A stretch of DNA of 64,000 nucleotides from contig CAYWWY010000004.1 of the NCBI GenBank assembly GCA_964462525.1, forward strand, positions 181,297 through 245,296, in the 5' to 3' direction. The notes under the pieces are model-generated. The model saw nothing but the letters and a program-made list of their open reading frames with translations. It searched no databases and was not told the origin of the DNA. Below are positions 59,154 to 64,000 of the stretch, in pieces. Made by a program: the position numbers and the translations under genes. Numbering within the stretch: the stretch's first letter is position 1; each line of letters starts with the position of its first letter. This DNA comes from an uncultured Thermotogaceae bacterium. Lineage in GTDB: Bacteria > Thermotogota > Thermotogae > MWEM01.

Positions 59154-59825
59154 ATGAGCAAAAAGACAAAGAGGATCGCTCAGTTCATCAAGCGACTGAT
59201 CGATATCGTTTTTTCTCTGGTCCTACTGGTCATAATCAGCCCGCTTTTTGCTTTGATCATACTCGCAATTCTATGGGAAGATGGAAAGCCTGTGTTTTTT
59301 CTCCAAAAACGGTTGGGGATTCACGGCAGGGTCTTTCTCATCCGAAAGTTTCGGAGTATGGTTGTCAACGCAGAAAAGCAAGGGGCCGGAATATTTATCG
59401 AACCCCAGGATTCAAGAATTACCCGTACCGGCCGGTGGCTCCGAAAAACCAGTTTGGATGAACTACCTCAATTGATGAATGTCTTGAAGGGCGAGATGAG
59501 TTTCATCGGACCTCGCCCCCCCCTACCCTATTACCCCAAGTCCTATGGCGATTATGAGCCTTGGGTAAAGGAACGGTTTTCCATGCGACCCGGAATTACT
59601 GGCTTGGCTCAAGTGCACGGGAGAAACGAGATCGATTGGTATGAGCGGTTTCGGTGGGACCTGATCTACGTCCAGAAATGGACTCTTTGCTTGGATCTGT
59701 CTATTCTCTTTCAAACCTTCACAACCGTCTTCAAAGCAAAAGGAATCTATGGAAAAAACCAAACCGTAGATGGGCAAAATAATGAACTGCAAAAAAAACC
59801 AACCAAGAAAGAGCCGCCTTCTTAG
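59154..59825 (+). CDS. Small phosphoglycosyl transferase (bacterial sugar transferase, PglC/WbaP C-terminal-domain type)
   Basis: A single N-terminal TM segment, then KRLGIHGRVFLIRKFRSM and PRPPLP motifs. The start is inferred at MSKKTKR. Confidence 0.8.
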   Translation: MSKKTKRIAQFIKRLIDIVFSLVLLVIISPLFALIILAILWEDGKPVFFLQKRLGIHGRVFLIRKFRSMVVNAEKQGAGIFIEPQDSRITRTGRWLRKTSLDELPQLMNVLKGEMSFIGPRPPLPYYPKSYGDYEPWVKERFSMRPGITGLAQVHGRNEIDWYERFRWDLIYVQKWTLCLDLSILFQTFTTVFKAKGIYGKNQTVDGQNNELQKKPTKKEPPS

Positions 59826-60328
59826 GATTCCAGGATTTTCCCCATGATGATTTCGTCCATGTACACCCCATCAACAAAATAGACCGCTTTCTTTCTTCCC
59901 TCCTCAATAAACCCCAAAGACCGGTATAAATGATACGCCCGTGCGTTATGGGCCATGCACCCCAGATCAAGACGATGAATGCCTCTTTCTTTCGCCCATT
60001 GCTCCATATGCCAAAATAGGGATTTACCGATCCCTTTTCCTGTATATGCCTCAAGAATGCCCACAACGATCGTGGCCGTTCTCTTATTCCGTTGTACAGT
60101 CCCACCCATTGCGCTCAGAAATCCTACGATAGTTCCTTCTCTTTTGGCCAAAAAAACCATCTGATTGGACCTTTGAAGGATTTGACGAATATATTCTTTC
60201 ATCGTTTCTTCTGTGGTCGTCCGTTCTCCTGGTTCCAGAAGCAAAAAACGAGATTGGCGATCCAATTCAGTCCGGAGTTGCAGGTATGTCAACGCGTCGT
60301 CTTCTCGAATCTCGGAAATCGTCGTCAA
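59822..60328 (-). CDS. GNAT family N-acetyltransferase
   Basis: 168 aa with acetyl-CoA-binding motif A (VQRNKRTATIVVGILEAYTGKGIGKSL). Confidence 0.75.
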   Translation of the reverse strand: MTTISEIREDDALTYLQLRTELDRQSRFLLLEPGERTTTEETMKEYIRQILQRSNQMVFLAKREGTIVGFLSAMGGTVQRNKRTATIVVGILEAYTGKGIGKSLFWHMEQWAKERGIHRLDLGCMAHNARAYHLYRSLGFIEEGRKKAVYFVDGVYMDEIIMGKILES

Positions 60329-60408
60329 CGGAACTCCCTCCCCATTTTCCTATTGGTTTCGGCCATTCCACAAAGCGGATGGCTATCAGCATTATCGATC
60401 AAATCAAT

Positions 60409-60437
60409 CGAAAAAACAGGAGGCCATTCAGGCCTCC
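60409..60437 (-). terminator. Rho-independent terminator downstream of the minus-strand substrate-binding protein gene
   Basis: Perfect 9-bp inverted repeat CAGGAGGCC-ATTCA-GGCCTCCTG. On the minus strand it is followed by T6. An A-run on the plus side makes it potentially bidirectional. Confidence 0.7.
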
Positions 60438-60458
60438 TGTTTGGAGTTTGGATAAATC

Positions 60459-61967
60459 TTATCGATCGATCCAGGTTTGCTTCAAAAATACGGTACTTTC
60501 AGTGGGTAGGGTAAGGAACCCGTTCACCGAAAGTTTTCCCACATGAATGTTGTTGGGAGAATACAGGAACAGGATCGGTGAATCCGCAACCAAGATCCGC
60601 TGGAGTTCTTCGTAGACAAGTTTTCGCTTGGCCTGATCTACAGTTTCAATCCCCAGATCCAAGAGTTCATCCACTTTGGGATTGCCGTATTGGAAGACGT
60701 TGGTGGACCCTCCGGTTCGGAAAGTTCGATTGAGCTGAATATCCGGTTCAACAGAACCACTGTTCATGGATACGAACGAATCAAAATCGCTTTCTCTCCA
60801 ATTAGCAATAAAAATGCCCCATTCCACAATGTTGATATGGGCCCGGACACCCACTTCAAGAAGCTGCGCCTGGATTACCTGCGCCACTTTATCGAAGTTA
60901 AACCGTTGGGCTGCTGTGATCGAGAATTCAAACCCATTGGGATATCCGGCTTTCGTAAGTAGTTCTTTGGCTTTGGCGGGGTTGTATGTATATTCCGGTA
61001 ATTCGGAAGGGGGAATGGCCCAGTCCAAAGACGGGTTGAGCACTCCGGTTGGCATCGCTTCTCCAAAAGTGACTACTTGAATGATTGCTTCCCGATTGAT
61101 AGCATAGTTTAGGGCATTGCGCACATCTGGATTGTCCAACGGTGGACGGCTTGCATTAAACCCAAGCAGATAGTAACTAAGCACAGGTGTTCGATCGATC
61201 ATCCATTGAGATTCAGGAAATTGCCCAAGGTTCAAAGGTTCGCTTAATTGGATCAGATCCACATTTCCACTCTTGAGGGCTGAGACACGAGAAATTTCTT
61301 CGGGAATGATCACAAATCGGAGTTCATCCAGATAGGGCAACCCTGGTTCGAAGTAATGGGGGTTTTTGACAAAGTGAAGGTAGTTTCCTGCAACAAATTC
61401 TTTCAAGATGAATGGCCCAACCCCGTTTGTCGCGAGCTGGAGATTGGCTCCCGATTCGACAAATTTCTTGGAAATGATTGAGCTGTTCCCTGTGGCAAAG
61501 TTGGGAAGAATAACAGACGCAACAGGCGCTTTGAGAATGAAGATTACTTTATTGGCGCCCAAAGTTTCAACACTGCTTACTTGCGCATAAAAACTGGCGG
61601 CCGGAGATTGAACAGCCGGATCCAGAATCCGGTTGAAGGTGAAAAGGACATCCTCTACGGTCAAAAGGGTTCCATCGTGAAAGCGGACTCCTTCGCGGAT
61701 TGTAAAGACAATAGTGTATGGATTCGGAATCTCCATCTCGCTTGCAATATGGGGAACCAGATTCATTTTTTCGTCGAATCTGAGCAAACCGCCATACACA
61801 AGCTCAAGCACTCGGTGAGAGGCGAAAGCAGTGACCAACGTTGGATCTAGCCCCACTGGTTCAGTGTTGAGCGCCATCACCAAGCGGCCCCCGCTCTTGG
61901 GCGCGTTGGCAAATGCTGCCACACTGATCAACATTGCTACCATGAAAATGATTATTGCTTTTTTCAT
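60459..61967 (-). CDS. ABC transporter substrate-binding protein, family 5 (peptide/nickel type)
   Basis: Signal peptide and a ~500 aa SBP_bac_5 architecture. Confidence 0.8.
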   Translation of the reverse strand: MKKAIIIFMVAMLISVAAFANAPKSGGRLVMALNTEPVGLDPTLVTAFASHRVLELVYGGLLRFDEKMNLVPHIASEMEIPNPYTIVFTIREGVRFHDGTLLTVEDVLFTFNRILDPAVQSPAASFYAQVSSVETLGANKVIFILKAPVASVILPNFATGNSSIISKKFVESGANLQLATNGVGPFILKEFVAGNYLHFVKNPHYFEPGLPYLDELRFVIIPEEISRVSALKSGNVDLIQLSEPLNLGQFPESQWMIDRTPVLSYYLLGFNASRPPLDNPDVRNALNYAINREAIIQVVTFGEAMPTGVLNPSLDWAIPPSELPEYTYNPAKAKELLTKAGYPNGFEFSITAAQRFNFDKVAQVIQAQLLEVGVRAHINIVEWGIFIANWRESDFDSFVSMNSGSVEPDIQLNRTFRTGGSTNVFQYGNPKVDELLDLGIETVDQAKRKLVYEELQRILVADSPILFLYSPNNIHVGKLSVNGFLTLPTESTVFLKQTWIDR

Positions 61968-62044
61968 ACAATCCCTCCTTATAGAGTTGTATACTTATTA
62001 TAACATGATACCCATAGGAATCTCAACCAATTGCGCAGTACGCC

Positions 62045-62899
62045 TTACTTTCCTACTCGGGGGTCTAGTACATCCCGCAAGCCGTCTCCGATGATATTGA
62101 TGCTTAAAACAATCACTGCAATGACTAGACCAGGAAATAGAGCCATCCATGGAGCACTCAGAAGATAGTTGTTCCCCTGTCCCACCATGGAACCTAAAGT
62201 GGGGTGAGGAGGAGGCACTCCCAAACCCAAGAATCCCAATCCTGCTTCCGTCAACAAGGCTGTGGAAAGGTTGGTAGTGAACGTTACAATCACGATAGAA
62301 GAAATGTTGGGAAGGATATCCGTAATCATGATCTTCAAATGGCTTTTTCCCAAAGCCCGAGACGCTTTGACAAAGAGACTCTCTCGCAACGCAATCGTCG
62401 ATCCTCGTATTGTGCGCGCAAATATGGGCACATACACGACGCCAATGGCGATAATCAGATTGGTCATGCTGGCTCCAAACATGGCAATGATGAATAGCGC
62501 CAAAATTATGGATGGGAAGGCAAAAAAGGAATCGATCACCCTCATGATGATCTGATCCACCCATTTTCCAAAATACCCGGACACTACGCCAAATACCGTT
62601 CCGATCCCTGTCGCCATCATTATGGACAGTACCGCGATTTTCATTGTGTTCTGAGCGCCATAAGCAGTTCGAGATAGGATATCTCTTCCGAATTGATCCG
62701 TTCCAAACCAGTGCTGGACGGAAGGACCTTTCATCAAAGCTGTGTAGTCCATCTTGAGGGGATCATAAGCTGCGAACACATGGGGCATTATCACAACCAT
62801 AACGACAAAAGCAAAAATGATCAAACTACCCAACTGAAGGGGGTTTTTGGCGAACCTTCTGAATCCTCGCCGAAACGCTTTGCGATTGCTCATCTTCAC
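62045..62899 (-). CDS. ABC transporter permease (DppC/OppC-like)
   Basis: Polytopic. The EAA-loop region resembles the BPD_transp_1 permease motif. Confidence 0.8.
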   Translation of the reverse strand: MKMSNRKAFRRGFRRFAKNPLQLGSLIIFAFVVMVVIMPHVFAAYDPLKMDYTALMKGPSVQHWFGTDQFGRDILSRTAYGAQNTMKIAVLSIMMATGIGTVFGVVSGYFGKWVDQIIMRVIDSFFAFPSIILALFIIAMFGASMTNLIIAIGVVYVPIFARTIRGSTIALRESLFVKASRALGKSHLKIMITDILPNISSIVIVTFTTNLSTALLTEAGLGFLGLGVPPPHPTLGSMVGQGNNYLLSAPWMALFPGLVIAVIVLSINIIGDGLRDVLDPRVGK

Positions 62900-62906
62900 G
62901 ACTCCC

Positions 62907-63860
62907 TCAACTCAGTTCGATCCGGGGATCGATAAAGGTGTACAAAATATCAACAGCAATGTTGAGCAAAACAATGACCACAGCGATAAATAGGACAACC
63001 CCTTGAACCAATGGGTAGTCTCGTTCGTTCACTGCCTGAAGAAGCATTCGACCCATTCCGGGAAGGGCAAACATGGATTCTGTGATGATGGTTCCCCCAA
63101 ACAAAAAGCCCAGTTGGATTCCTGCCGTCGTGGTAACTGGGATCAGGGCATTTCTCAGGGCATGATGAAAGATTACTTTTCTGTTTTTGGCCCCTTTGGC
63201 CTTGGCTACCTTAATATACTCCTGTGACATGACATCCAGCATTGATGTTCGCGCCATCCGTAAGATCTGGGCAGCAATCATGAGACCAAGAGTAATCGAA
63301 GGGAGAAACATTACCTGGAGGTTCTGAACGGGATTGTGGTGAAAGGGCACATATCCGAAGATGGTAAAGTTTTGCACAGTCGAGGATACCCAAACGATGA
63401 GAAGGGCCCCTACCCAGAAAGAGGGAGCAGACAACCCGACCAACCCAAAAAAACGAACCGAATGGTCCAATGGACTGTTTCGTTTGATGGCCGAAGTGAT
63501 CCCTAAAGGAATTCCAATCAAGAGGCTCAACCCCAATGCCATGATGGAAAGCTGAAACGTGACGGGGATCTTTTCTACAAGGAGCTGGGCAACTGATTGT
63601 CCACTACGCATGGAAATCCCCATATCCAACTTCAACACATTTCCCAACCAAATCATGTATTGGATTGGAACCGGTTTATCAAGCGAATACTGGCGGTAGA
63701 GATCCTCCATTTGTTGGGGAGTGAGAAAATTTTGGGTTCCTTGGATGATATCGACAATATCCCCGGGTACAAGATGGATCGCGATAAAGACAAAAAAAGT
63801 GACCAAAAGAATTGTGGGTATGGCCGATAGCAACCTTCCAATTAAATAGCTCCCCTTCAC
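62907..63860 (-). CDS. ABC transporter permease (DppB/OppB-like)
   Basis: Polytopic 317-aa BPD_transp_1 permease, first gene of the importer operon seen in the window. Confidence 0.8.
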   Translation of the reverse strand: MKGSYLIGRLLSAIPTILLVTFFVFIAIHLVPGDIVDIIQGTQNFLTPQQMEDLYRQYSLDKPVPIQYMIWLGNVLKLDMGISMRSGQSVAQLLVEKIPVTFQLSIMALGLSLLIGIPLGITSAIKRNSPLDHSVRFFGLVGLSAPSFWVGALLIVWVSSTVQNFTIFGYVPFHHNPVQNLQVMFLPSITLGLMIAAQILRMARTSMLDVMSQEYIKVAKAKGAKNRKVIFHHALRNALIPVTTTAGIQLGFLFGGTIITESMFALPGMGRMLLQAVNERDYPLVQGVVLFIAVVIVLLNIAVDILYTFIDPRIELS

Positions 63861-64000
63861 AGACCTCGATTCTCCTCTCGTTTTATGATTGTGTTTCGCG
63901 CAGGTACAACCTCAGACAGTCGATGATATCATTCTTTCCATTGCGGTTCCTTCGATCGATTGGACAATTGTCCGATACGGATCAACCTTGATCTTTTGGA

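Overview
The window is a 64-kb chromosomal segment of a diderm (Gram-negative-type) bacterium, about 50% GC, with dense coding on both strands. I infer the diderm envelope from the Skp/OmpH-like chaperone, lptB, an outer-membrane beta-barrel protein and a lipoprotein.

Contents from 5' to 3':
(1) A flagellin-type nonulosonic-acid (pseudaminic/legionaminic-acid-like) glycosylation island, 1..12865. It holds a 5'-truncated MORN-repeat protein coupled to a Maf/DUF115 motility accessory factor, followed on the minus strand by a PseB-like 4,6-dehydratase, an SDR epimerase/dehydratase, a NeuB/PseI-family synthase, two formyltransferase-fold proteins flanking an LmbE/PIG-L deacetylase, an aldo-keto reductase, a GNAT::CMP-sugar cytidylyltransferase fusion and a class-III (GSA-aminomutase-like) aminotransferase. 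This unusual enzyme complement suggests an N-formylated nonulosonic acid made by a non-canonical route.
(2) A signalling island, 12968..26591. It holds a hybrid histidine kinase translationally coupled to a REC-GGDEF diguanylate cyclase, a second sensor kinase, a PPP-family phosphatase, a 1562-aa multi-PAS/GAF hybrid kinase, a PflX-like radical SAM protein and a second metallophosphoesterase.
(3) leuS, preceded by three small acidic ORFs. One has an IS3 OrfA-like HTH and one a split zinc ribbon.
(4) A HAD hydrolase, a cytoplasmic histidine kinase with an HDOD partner, and a phosphofructokinase carrying the PPi-dependent signature residues.
(5) An AMMECR1 + AmmeMemoRadiSam radical SAM pair with no Memo partner. 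It is followed directly by an ApbE / NusG-II (DUF1312) / Gx-transporter flavinylation-type trio.
(6) Septum Maf, RadC, a 438-aa unknown protein and a divergent NadC/ModD-like protein. These are followed by tsaB, Asp23, YloV (DAK2), tandem-HhH ComEA, Skp-like and lptB.
(7) A tightly coupled triad of unknown function: a TIGR00725/LOG-like protein, an opine-dehydrogenase-family protein and a B12-binding-domain protein with a variant CxHxxG motif.
(8) uppP, a purine nucleoside phosphorylase, an Ig-like lipoprotein with a small OMP barrel, ftsH and tilS with no hpt between them, tRNA-Thr(CGT), and a tiny ferredoxin with its own promoter and terminator.
(9) An M18 aminopeptidase, a small phosphoglycosyl transferase, a GNAT, and the start of a peptide/nickel-type ABC importer.

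I see no CRISPR array, prophage or intact IS element. The most interesting candidates for new biology are the variant formyl-nonulosonate pathway with its MORN-Maf pair, the Memo-less AMMECR1/radical-SAM pair linked to the flavin-transfer trio, and the LOG-like / opine-DH / B12-domain triad.
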